A DNA stretch of 7,417 nt from a virus (taxonomy: Duplodnaviria > Heunggongvirae > Uroviricota > Caudoviricetes). The stretch is taken from IMG/VR virus record IMGVR_UViG_2537562019_000013, one strand, 5' to 3'. The notes beneath the pieces are model-generated. The model saw only the letters and a program-made list of their open reading frames with translations, searched no databases and had not been told where the DNA came from. A program made the position numbers and the translations under genes. The stretch's first letter is position 1, and each line of letters starts with the position of its first letter. Of this stretch, positions 1-7,417 are shown piece by piece.

Positions 1-76
1 TCTGGCGGATGGTGTCCTGTTGCGTCTGCAACAGTGCCCGCAGGCGGGCATTCTCATGAGCAAGTGAGGTGTCCAT
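1..76 (-). CDS. IS66-family transposase TnpC (Orf3), N-terminal 25 codons only; continues beyond window start
   Basis: Reverse complement of 1..76 opens with ATG (76..74) and translates MDTSLAHENARLRALLQTQQDTIRQ, a heptad-like leucine-rich N-terminus typical of IS66 TnpC. It starts 20 bp after the TnpB stop, the usual IS66 tnpB-tnpC spacing. Not in the ORF track because it is truncated by the window edge. Confidence 0.55.
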   Translation of the reverse strand, partial: MDTSLAHENARLRALLQTQQDTIRQ

Positions 77-95
77 ATCCTCACTTTACAACGGG

Positions 96-443
96 TTATA
101 TGCGGATTCCAGCGCGTTCCGTTCGTTTCGGGTGCTTCCAGTTGATACCTTCAAGAAGCATGGATAACTGAGCCGGAGTAAGGTGAACCTTTCCATCGCG
201 GGTGACCGGCCAGACGAAGCGGCCCCGCTCCAGGCGTTTGGTGAAGAGGCACAGTCCGTCACTGTCAGCCCACAGCACTTTTATCTGGTCACCCCGGCGT
301 CCGCGGAAGATGAACAGATGCCCGGAGAACGGGTCATCCTTCAGGACGTTCTGAACTTTTGAGGCCAGGCCGTTAAAGCCATTTCGCATATCGGTGATAC
401 CGGCAACCAGCCAGATACGCGAACCGGCAGGGAGAGATATCAT
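96..443 (-). CDS. tnpB: IS66-family Orf2 / TnpB accessory protein (115 aa)
   Basis: The 115-aa translation (MISLPAGSRIWLVAGITDMRNGFNGLASKV...LFIFRGRRGDQIKVLWADSDGLCLFTKRLERGRF) has the size and conserved motifs of IS66 Orf2. Its start overlaps the upstream ORF's stop in an ATGA arrangement at 443, suggesting translational coupling. Confidence 0.85.
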   Translation of the reverse strand: MISLPAGSRIWLVAGITDMRNGFNGLASKVQNVLKDDPFSGHLFIFRGRRGDQIKVLWADSDGLCLFTKRLERGRFVWPVTRDGKVHLTPAQLSMLLEGINWKHPKRTERAGIRI

Positions 444-1093
444 CAGTGGCTGCTCCCTTTCATTTCGCGGATAAGTGTCTGTAATAACGCCGGTGTCAGT
501 TCACCTTTCAGCCTGAGAGTTCCGGCCGGCAGAACCAGCTCACAGCACAGACTGTCGGGCGGTGTATTTATCTGTTCAGGTATCTGCACTGGTGCCGGGA
601 TTTTATTATCCGGCTCCGGAGTTAACGTCACGGGAAGTAGCGATGTTTCATGTTCGCCGGTCGGCTGCAGGCCGCCGTTACGCCAGAGATGCCGCCAGTT
701 AAAGAGCAGGTTATCGTTGATTCCGTTCTCACGAGCTATTTGTGCGACACAGGCACCGGGTAAAAGAGTTTGCTGAACAAGCCTCCATTTAAACTCCGGT
801 GAAAATCGGTTCCGGCGGATTTTCTCTGTTTTCACAGGCTGAGTCACTGTCGGGGCTGAAGGATATCGCCCAGGGAAAAGAGCCCGGGCCAGTTGCACGC
901 AGGAATATTCTCCGGAAAGAGGCCAGTCAGTGAATACCTGGTGAAATCGCCTCACCAGAGAAAAAATGGCGGTTTTGCTGATACCGGTCTGCGCAGAAAT
1001 GCGCGGGTACGACAGTGACTCGTCAAATCTCAGCTGTAGCACACGCAGGATCAATTCCGGATTGTCTGCCAGTACCGCTTTTCGTGCATTCAT
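443..1093 (-). CDS. IS66-family Orf1 / TnpA-like protein with an N-terminal HTH-like extension (216 aa as drawn; an alternative GTG start at 835 would give about 131 aa)
   Basis: The C-terminal about 130 aa (KIRRNRFSPEFKWRLVQQTLLPGACVAQIARENGINDNLLFNWRHLW...) resembles the IS66 TnpA HTH/leucine-zipper protein. The N-terminal about 86 aa (..SYPRISAQTGISKTAIFSLVRRF..) looks like a second helix-turn-helix. ATG at 1093..1091 is preceded by AAGGGA. Gene order TnpA-TnpB-TnpC on one strand is the IS66 family arrangement. Confidence 0.7.
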   Translation of the reverse strand: MNARKAVLADNPELILRVLQLRFDESLSYPRISAQTGISKTAIFSLVRRFHQVFTDWPLSGEYSCVQLARALFPGRYPSAPTVTQPVKTEKIRRNRFSPEFKWRLVQQTLLPGACVAQIARENGINDNLLFNWRHLWRNGGLQPTGEHETSLLPVTLTPEPDNKIPAPVQIPEQINTPPDSLCCELVLPAGTLRLKGELTPALLQTLIREMKGSSH

Positions 1094-1190
1094 CTTAAAT
1101 GTCCCTTTACTGCGAAAATGGACATTAGTATCGGAAACAGGAAAGGGAGGCGAAAGACGGTTTAAATGAGACGGTTACCCATAAACGATA

Positions 1191-1210
1191 AAACCGCCCG
1201 GAGGCGGTTT
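1191..1210 (-). terminator. Perfect 8-bp stem hairpin (AAACCGCC-CGGA-GGCGGTTT) immediately downstream of gene I; possible intrinsic terminator or attenuator
   Basis: Seen directly: 1191-1198 aaaccgcc, loop cgga, 1203-1210 ggcggttt. On the minus strand it is followed by TTTTATCGTTTAT, a T-rich but interrupted tract. It lies 19 bp after the I stop codon. Confidence 0.35.
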
Positions 1211-1228
1211 CACATAAAACATTTTGCA

Positions 1229-1898
1229 TCAGCGACCAATCACCACAACCTGACCACCATCCCCTTCGTCTGCCGTGCTGATCTCCTGAGAAACCACGCG
1301 TGACCCCACGCGCATTTCACCGTACAGAACCGGCAGAACATTACCCTGGGCAACCATGTTATCCAGGGAGGAGAAATAGGTGTTCTGTTTGCCGTTATCC
1401 GTTGTCTGTGTACGGGGAGTTCTGGCTTTCGGTGCCAGCATCTGCGCCACACCACCGAGCACCATACTGGCACCGAGAGAAAACAGGATGCCGGTCATAC
1501 CACCGGTCCCAATGGCTGCCCCCCATGCTGCAAGGGTGGCTCCGGCGGTAAAGAATGATCCGGCAATGGCGGCAGCCCCCAGGACAATCTGGAATACGCC
1601 ACCTGACTTGGCCCCGGCGACTCTGGGAACAATATGAATCACAGCGCCATCAGGCAGAGTCTCATGTAACTGCGCCGTTAACCCGGACGTGCTGACGTCC
1701 CGCCCGGCAATCCGTACCTGATACCAGCCGTCGCTCAGTTTCTGACGAAACGCCGGAGCTGTGTGGCCAGTGCCCGATGGCTTCAGCCCCCGTTTTCACA
1801 CGAAGGTCGATGCGGCGGCCAAATCGTTGTAAATCCCCGTAAAGGCAGATGCGCGCCATGCCCGGTGACGCCAGAGGGAGTGTGTGCGTCGCTGCCAT
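1229..1898 (-). pseudogene. I: Lambda-like tail tip assembly protein I, split into two frames (N-terminal ORF 1662..1898, C-terminal ORF 1229..1642)
   Basis: The 78-aa ORF starts MAATHTLPLASPGMARICLYGDLQRFGRRIDLRVKTGAEAI, then becomes unrelated sequence. The other frame carries the rest of the protein (..FRQKLSDGWYQVRIAGRDVSTSGLTAQLHETLPDGAVIHIVPRVAGAKSGGVF...VVVIGR). The frames cannot be joined without adding 2 nt between about 1752 and 1778. ATG at 1898 has a GAGAGG RBS and overlaps the K 3' end by about 100 bp, as in lambda. Confidence 0.65.
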
Positions 1899-2539
1899 TT
1901 GTCGGTATACCTCTCTCGTTTGCTCAGTTGTTCAGGAATATGGTGCAGCAGCTCGCCGTCACCACAGTAAATGGCGGCATGATTCGGCACCGATGAACCA
2001 AAACAGCACAGCAGCACATCGCCCGGCTGCGCCGCTGACAACGGCACCTGATACAGCCCTGTGGCCTCCAGATTATCCAGATAGAGATTCTGACCGTTAC
2101 GCCACCAGTCATCCTCGCGATGAAAATCCGGCATCTCAATCCCCGCCAGATGGTAAGCATCCCGGAACAGCGTGTAACAGTCCGTCACCCCGTGCTCAAA
2201 GCGCCGCCCGGAAAGATGTGGCACACAGCGGAACTTGTGAATCGCCCCCCGGCAAACCAGCCACCACGGCAAATCACTCTGCACCTGCAGCCGCCGGTCG
2301 GCCTCACTCAGCCAGGGCAGACCACCGGGGTGGCTGTGGACCAGCGCCACAATCTCACCCTGCATTTCTGCCTGCAGCCAGTCCTCCGGCGACATCCGGA
2401 AATACTCCTCCGGCTCACCGGAGATATTCACGCAGGGAAAATATCTTTCCCCCTCCGGCGTGCTTACCACGAAGCCGCACGACTCCGCTGGCGCACATCG
2501 CCGGGCGTGCGCCAGAATCGCTGATTCTGTCTGTGTCAT
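1796..2539 (-). CDS. K: Lambda-like tail tip assembly protein K (247 aa), MPN/JAMM plus NlpC/P60 domains
   Basis: The translation has a JAMM-type motif (VHSHPGGLPWLSEAD: H-x-H-x7-S-x2-D) and a downstream Cys/His region consistent with NlpC/P60 (..GVTDCYTLF.., ..NHAAIY..). The start ATG at 2539 lies 5 bp after the L stop. Position between L and I matches the lambdoid tail-tip order. Confidence 0.85.
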   Translation of the reverse strand: MTQTESAILAHARRCAPAESCGFVVSTPEGERYFPCVNISGEPEEYFRMSPEDWLQAEMQGEIVALVHSHPGGLPWLSEADRRLQVQSDLPWWLVCRGAIHKFRCVPHLSGRRFEHGVTDCYTLFRDAYHLAGIEMPDFHREDDWWRNGQNLYLDNLEATGLYQVPLSAAQPGDVLLCCFGSSVPNHAAIYCGDGELLHHIPEQLSKRERYTDKWQRRTHSLWRHRAWRASAFTGIYNDLAAASTFV

Positions 2540-2544
2540 GGGAT

Positions 2545-3243
2545 TTACTGCGAAAGTTTGTTAATGGAAAGGAAGCCGCCAAAGTTGCCGACGTTATTGC
2601 GGAACTTACAGCCACTCAGGCATTTGCTGCATTTATCCTTCGTGATATCGGACGTTGTCTGGTCATATTCATCCGCGACCGCCGGACCGTGATAACCGCA
2701 CTCATCGCCGCGATAGGTCCAGGTGCAGGTGTTGGCCAGCATGATACGTCCCGGAAAAACAGCGCCATCTGTTTCCGTCGGCGTGGACAGTACAAAGGAG
2801 GCACTCACCGCGCTCAGTTCGCTGCACTGCTCGATGCGCCAGCGGCTGATCACCTCCTGCTCCGGATCGGCGTCACTGTTTCCGTTAACGAAGTTCACCG
2901 CATCCAGAAAACGGGCGTAAACCTTACGCCGGACCACCGTTCCGCCGACCAGACTCTGCAGATCTTCCGCCATCCCGGTGACCATACCGTACAGGTTAGA
3001 AACCGTCAGCGTGGGGCGCGTACTGGTGCCTTTGCCATTCAGTTCAAAACCACTCCCCTGAATGGGATACGGCTGATACTGTCGCCCCTGCCAGGTGACC
3101 GGCTCACCTTTTTCGTTCTGCTCATTACAGAAAAAATAACGTTCTCCACCGACCTCTGTCAGGTCGATTTCCCAGAGCACCACGCTGGCCGACTGCTCCG
3201 CACGGGTGCATTCATTCAGTGTTTCCTGCCGGATATCCTGCAT
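2545..3243 (-). CDS. L: Lambda-like tail tip assembly protein L (232 aa)
   Basis: 232 aa, the same length as lambda gpL, with a C-terminal cysteine cluster (C-x8-C ... C-x2-C-x3-C) consistent with the Fe-S site reported for gpL. Its ATG overlaps the M stop in an ATGA arrangement at 3243. Confidence 0.85.
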   Translation of the reverse strand: MQDIRQETLNECTRAEQSASVVLWEIDLTEVGGERYFFCNEQNEKGEPVTWQGRQYQPYPIQGSGFELNGKGTSTRPTLTVSNLYGMVTGMAEDLQSLVGGTVVRRKVYARFLDAVNFVNGNSDADPEQEVISRWRIEQCSELSAVSASFVLSTPTETDGAVFPGRIMLANTCTWTYRGDECGYHGPAVADEYDQTTSDITKDKCSKCLSGCKFRNNVGNFGGFLSINKLSQ

Positions 3244-3572
3244 CAGTTCACCACCTGTTCAAACTCTGCGCTGAACTCAACACGCAACATACTGACCCGC
3301 GACGACCATTTTGCGCAGGTCACCTTTATCTGCCGCCACTCATAAGGCGGCGTCCACAGAAAGGCTTTCCAGCCCCCGTGCTCTTCCAGAAACGACTCCA
3401 GTACCGTGGCCTCCTCACGGGGGACAGAAAGCGTCACGCTGTACGTTTTCAGGTTGGCATTCAGCCCGGCAGGCGCTCGCTGAGAATAGCCATCACCAAA
3501 GCGCACCTTTCTTACAGAAGGGACCGAAGCCACATCCATACCGGGTTTCACTTTCCAGCGGAAGGTCTTCAT
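3243..3572 (-). CDS. M: Lambda-like tail tip assembly protein M (109 aa)
   Basis: 109 aa, the same length as lambda gpM, in the conserved H-M-L position. Its start overlaps the stop of the H C-terminal frame in an ATGA arrangement at 3572..3569. Confidence 0.85.
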   Translation of the reverse strand: MKTFRWKVKPGMDVASVPSVRKVRFGDGYSQRAPAGLNANLKTYSVTLSVPREEATVLESFLEEHGGWKAFLWTPPYEWRQIKVTCAKWSSRVSMLRVEFSAEFEQVVN

Positions 3573-6147
3573 CGTCCACCTCCGGAGAACAGGCCACCAT
3601 CACGCATCTGTGTCTGAATTTCATCACGGGCACCCTTGCGGGCCATGTCATACACCGCCTTCAGAGCAGCCGGACCTGGCAGACCATTCGTACCGTCGTT
3701 CTGAATCACCACGTGATTGTTCTGATTAAAATTAATGCCTTCAGCCCGCCGCATCTGCGCCGGACTTCCCGGCACCGCACATAACCACCTTCCGCATAGC
3801 CCCGCATCAGGCGGTACAGGTTGCCGACACCAATCCGGCTGGTTGCCTCCTTCGTGAAGACAAACTCACCACGGTGAACAATCCCCGCTGGCTCATATTT
3901 GCCGCCGGTTCCCGTAAATCCTCCGGTTGCAAAATGGAATTTCGCCGCAGCGGCCTGAATGGCTGTACCGCCTGACGCGGATGCTCCACCACTGGCAGCA
4001 CCGCCAATGGCGCTGCCGATACTCCCGACAATCCCCACCATTGCCTGCTTAAGCAGAATTTCTGTCATCATGGACAGCACGGAACGGGTGAAGCTGCGCC
4101 AGTTCTGCTCACTGCCGATCAGCATCGCCGCCATATTCTGTGCAATACCATCAAAGGTCTGCGTGGCTGCACTTTTTACCTGCGACATACTGTCCGTGGC
4201 GCTCTCTTCCCACTCACTCCAGCCGGACTTCAGGCCTGCCATCCAGCTCCCGCGAAGCTGGTCTTCAGCCGCCCAGGTCTTTTTCTGCTCTGACATGACG
4301 TTATTCAGCGCCAGCGGATTATCGCCATACTGTTCCTTCAGGCGCTGTTCCGTGGCTTCCCGTTCTGCCTGCCGGTCAGTCAGCCCCCGGCTTTTCGCAT
4401 CAATGGCGGCCCGTTTTGCCCGTTGCTGCTGTGCGAATTTATCCGCCTGCTGCGCCAGCGCGTTCAGGCGCTCCTGATACGTAACCTTGTCGCCAAGTGC
4501 AGCCAGCTGGCGTTTGTACTCCAGCGTCTCATCTTTATGCGCCAGCAGGGATTTCTCCTGTGCAGACAGCTGGCGACGTTGCGCCGCCTCCTCCAGTACC
4601 GCGAACTGACTCTCCGCCTTCCACAAATCCCGGCGCTGCTGGCTGATTTTCTCATTCGCTCCGGCATGCTTCTCCAGCGTCCGGAGTTCTGCCTGAAGCG
4701 TCAGCAGGGCAGCATGAGCACTGTCTTCCTGACGATCGCCCGCAGACACCTTCACGCCGGACTGTTTCGGCTTTTTCAGCGTCGCTTCATAATCCTTTTT
4801 CGCCGCCGCCATCAGCGTGTTGTAATCCGCCTGCAGGATTTTCCCGTCTTTCAGTGCCTTGTTCAGTTCTTCCTGACGGGCGGTATATTTCTCCAGCGGC
4901 GTCTGCAGCCGTTCGTAAGCCTTCTGCGCCTCTTCGGTATATTTCAGCCGTGATGCCTCAGACTCGGCCCAGTCCTTTGCTGCCATCTCTCTGGCCTTTT
5001 CAAGATCGGCCTGCAACGTGGCGGCTGAAAGCCCAAGTTGCGCATTCGCTCTGTCCTCCCATGCTCCCCGGAGATTGGCAAGAAATGCTGAGGTTTTACC
5101 GCGCCGGTGGCTCCGGCTCTGATACCACTGCCATTTTTTGTCCGCCTCATCAAAAGCCTTTTCTGCTTTCTCCAGCATTCCCTGGGCAGTGTCCGGGCGA
5201 CCAATATCCAGCACCGAATCCCACATGGATTTGAATGCCCGTGCTGTCCTGTCTGCCCAGGTCTCCAGCGTGCCCATGTTCTCTTTCAGGCGGCGGGTCT
5301 GGTCATCAAACCCTTTCGTTGCGGCTTCGTTCGCCGCCTGCAATGCCCCGGCTTCATCGCCGGAACGCTGCAACTGAGCAACATACGCAATCTGCTCCGC
5401 CGTCACGTTATGGAACTGACGCGCCATCGCCGTCAGCCCCGACGTCGGGTCTGTGGTCAGCTTCCCGAAGGCTTCAGCGACCTTGTCCACCTCCACGCCG
5501 GATGCAGAGGAGAAACGCGCCACACTCTGGCTGATCGCCTCAAACTGCTCACCACCACGCACACCGGCATTCACCAGCGCCGTCAGTGACTCGCTGGTCT
5601 GGTTAAACGTCAGCCCTGCCGCCTGCCCGGCTCTGGACAGGACCAGCATACGATCTGCCGTCAGACCCGACTGATGACCGGAAAGGACCAGCGTTTTGTT
5701 GAAATCGGACAGGGTTGAGTTGCCCTGATACCAGGCATACGCCAGCGCACCGGTCGCCACCGCCAGCGAGGTGGCCCCCACCATCGGCAGGGTGATCGCA
5801 CCGGCAAGCCCCCTGAACATGGGGATCATCCCGCCGAAGGAGTCCTTAACCTGACCCCCCTGTTGCAGCAGGATCAGCCACGGACTTTGCCCGCCTGCAA
5901 GCTGCGTGGCCACGTCGGTGAACTGTGCAGGCAGCATACGCATGGCGGCTTTATACTGCCCGACGGAAATCCCCGCTTTCTGTGCAGCCAGCGCCTGTCG
6001 GCTCAGCGACTGTTCAACGACTGCCGCTGTTTTTTTCGCATCACTTTCCGTACCGGAAAAATGACGCCTGACTCTGGCCATCTGCTCGTCAAATCTGGCC
6101 GCATCCAGACTCAAATCAACGACCAGATCGCCTACCGGTTCAGCCAT
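3569..6147 (-). CDS. H: Lambda-like tail tape measure protein H, frame-disrupted near the 3' end (main ORF 3706..6147, 813 aa; C-terminal 67 codons in another frame at 3569..3775)
   Basis: The N-terminus (MAEPVGDLVVDLSLDAARFDEQMARVRRHF..), long coiled-coil middle and glycine-rich segment are typical of a tape measure protein. After ..LMRGYAEGGYV the main frame becomes an aberrant 30-aa tail (RCREVRRRCGGLKALILIRTITW*). The true C-terminus (..NFNQNNHVVIQNDGTNGLPGPAALKAVYDMARKGARDEIQTQMRDGGLFSGGGR) is in a frame offset by 1 nt and ends exactly at the M start. Confidence 0.8.
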
Positions 6148-6978
6148 ACCGGACTCCTCCTGCGATCCCTTCTGATACTGTCATCAGCATTACGTCATCC
6201 TCCGTCATGTCCGCCACATCCGGGGAAGCGGGGATAACTTCATTCCCGTCCGGGCCAAAGCGGACGCCTCCGGCAAGCCCTGCCGCTTTCTGCATCAGCA
6301 CATCATCTTCAGGCTCTTCGTCAGCCTCACGCCGGTTCAGCAGACTGAAATCCAGCGGATGCATATCCGGATCGCTGAAAAACAGGCTGAGTACGGTGTA
6401 CGTCAGCCCGGAAAAGTGCATATCCAGCAGAACATCATGAAAATAATGGGTACTGTAAAAGCGGTGCCAGTCGGCATACTCCGTGGATGACATCCCGGCA
6501 AGCATGGCACGCCAGTCGGGTCGCCCCATCTCTCGCGCCAGTTTCAGGGCAAAACTCAGCTCACCATCGAACACTTTCCCGCAGAAACAGGCTCTGCAGG
6601 CCCGGCGTCCTCTGTCTGTTCAGGAGCATCATTCACCACAAACTCATACATACCGGACAGCCGGTACACCACGTTTTCAGCATGAGAAATTGCCTCCGTG
6701 GGCCAGGTGGTAAGCACTTCCTGCTCAATCTGTTTAACGGCTTCATTCATGGAAGGCAGCTTTGTCTTCTTCGGATGGTTATGCCACAGGGACATCGCCA
6801 CCAGAAACGCGCCGGTTCTGATGGCGTCTTCCACAGTAAACTTCCGGTTGCTGTCTGACTCCGCCTGTTCTGCCTGCCGTTTCATCAGGGCGAGATGCTC
6901 AATACGCTGCAGGGCTGACAGTTCAGAAAGCGTGACGGTCACACCGTTATGTTCAAATGATTCGGTTTTCAGGAACAT
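6140..6978 (-). CDS. T: Tail assembly chaperone G-T fusion made by programmed -1 ribosomal frameshift (T portion at 6140..6574)
   Basis: The -1 frame after the slippery site reads K-VFDGELSFALKLAREMGRPDWRAMLAGMSS.., which is the T ORF in the track. That ORF has no proper start of its own; its leading M is a GTG inside G. It overlaps the H start by 8 nt. This is the conserved G/GT arrangement of lambdoid and many other tailed phages. Confidence 0.8.
6556..6978 (-). CDS. G: Lambda-like tail assembly chaperone G (140 aa)
   Basis: 140 aa, ending ..PVSAGKCSMVS, with the slippery heptamer G GGA AAG in frame near its 3' end. ATG at 6978 is preceded by a GGAGA RBS, 15 bp after the V stop. Confidence 0.85.
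   Translation of the reverse strand: MFLKTESFEHNGVTVTLSELSALQRIEHLALMKRQAEQAESDSNRKFTVEDAIRTGAFLVAMSLWHNHPKKTKLPSMNEAVKQIEQEVLTTWPTEAISHAENVVYRLSGMYEFVVNDAPEQTEDAGPAEPVSAGKCSMVS
6574..6580 (-). promoter_or_regulatory. Programmed -1 frameshift slippery heptamer G GGA AAG (G-T recoding site)
   Basis: Plus-strand ctttccc at 6574-6580 is GGGAAAG on the minus strand, with GGA and AAG as in-frame codons of G (..A-G-K-C..). A -1 slip enters the T frame. Confidence 0.8.
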
Positions 6979-6993
6979 CGCTGACTCTCCGGA

Positions 6994-7417
6994 TTAACTG
7001 GCGGTGACGTTGATTTCTGCAACCGCAGCAAGTTCACCATTACCGGATACGACCGGAATGTTGACCTTGCCTGCAGCAACACCTTTCACGGTGATGGTCA
7101 TACCACTGACCGACACGGTGGCTTTTGTTTTATCCGCTGACACCGCACGGAAGCTCTTGTCGGTTGCGCCTTCCGGCTGGAATGCCACGGTCAGCGTGGT
7201 GCTCTTCCCTTTCACTACGGAAGCGCTGGCTGGCGTCACGGTCATACCGGTTGCCGCTGTTACCGTGCTGCGATCTTCTGCCATCGACGGACGTCCCACG
7301 TTGGTGACTTTCACCGTGCGGGTGATCACTTCCTTCGCCGTCACCGCCTTACCGATACTGCTGACCCAGCCGCGGAACACATCGACCGTGCCGTTCGGGA
7401 AGCGGATTTTATAGGCA
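6994..7417 (-). CDS. V: Lambda-like major tail protein V, C-terminal part including the Ig-like domain; 5' end lies beyond the window
   Basis: The frame is open from the window edge (..[83 protein letters not shown]...NVTAS*). The T/V/S-rich C-terminus looks like the Big_2-type Ig-like domain of gpV. The M at 7380 in the track is an internal GTG. Stop TAA at 6996..6994. Confidence 0.8.
   Translation of the reverse strand, partial: AYKIRFPNGTVDVFRGWVSSIGKAVTAKEVITRTVKVTNVGRPSMAEDRSTVTAATGMTVTPASASVVKGKSTTLTVAFQPEGATDKSFRAVSADKTKATVSVSGMTITVKGVAAGKVNIPVVSGNGELAAVAEINVTAS

Larger units (their letters stand above)
1..1177 (-). mobile_element. IS66-family insertion sequence, one end plus about 1.2 kb; remainder lies outside the window
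   Basis: Three co-oriented IS66-type ORFs. Reading the minus strand, the sequence changes from the phage I-J intergenic hairpin region to 5'-GTAACCGTCTC... at about 1177; IS66-family termini characteristically begin 5'-GTAA. The boundary is inferred (+/- about 15 bp) because the other end is not available for IR or target-duplication comparison. Confidence 0.6.

Noticed and set aside
966-1169. 67-aa plus-strand ORF across the tnpA start and IS end
   Set aside because: It is antisense to tnpA and crosses the IS subterminal region, with no RBS or conserved features.
1240-1637. Overlapping alternative-frame ORFs (1240..1473 minus, 1300..1551 plus, 1380..1637 plus) within gene I
   Set aside because: They overlap the conserved gpI reading frame and show no conserved features; treated as frame artefacts.
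1849-3345. 498-aa plus-strand ORF spanning the K and L region
   Set aside because: It is antisense to two well-supported, tightly packed minus-strand tail genes. The translation is low-complexity and rich in A/P/R/S, as expected from the reverse frame of GC-rich coding DNA, with no recognisable domain or RBS context.
3760-3790. Possibility that the H frame break is a programmed frameshift like G-T
   Set aside because: No X XXY YYZ slippery heptamer at the junction, and intact lambdoid H genes are a single ORF; a lesion or sequencing error is more parsimonious.
3959-5674. Several 70-180-aa plus-strand ORFs inside the H gene (for example 3959..4477, 4423..4953, 5107..5589)
   Set aside because: All lie antisense within the tape measure gene; their Cys/Arg/Leu-rich composition is typical of spurious reverse-frame ORFs. 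No independent support.
1-7417. Search for CRISPR arrays, tRNA or rRNA genes, integrase or attachment sites, or defence-system genes
   Set aside because: No spaced direct-repeat arrays, no tRNA-like cloverleaf candidates, and every sizeable ORF is explained by tail-module or IS66 genes; no unexplained coding capacity remains.

Overview
This window is the tail-assembly module of a lambda-like (lambdoid) prophage, all encoded on the minus strand, abutting one end of an IS66-family insertion sequence. Reading 5'->3' on the minus strand (high to low coordinates): major tail protein V (C-terminal part, truncated by the window edge), tail assembly chaperones G and G-T with an intact G GGA AAG -1 slippery site, tape measure protein H, tail tip proteins M, L, K and I, a short hairpin, then the IS (TnpA-like, TnpB, and the first 25 codons of TnpC) running to the window start. 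The IS sits where the central tail fibre gene J should begin. H and I are each split across two reading frames by what look like 1-bp contractions in short G/C runs, so this is either a decaying, tail-defective prophage or an assembly with homopolymer errors. I found no tRNA, rRNA or CRISPR, and no convincing novel system: the long plus-strand ORFs are antisense artefacts of GC-rich phage genes. Identifications rest on reading the supplied translations against remembered lambda and IS66 protein features; no database search was run.
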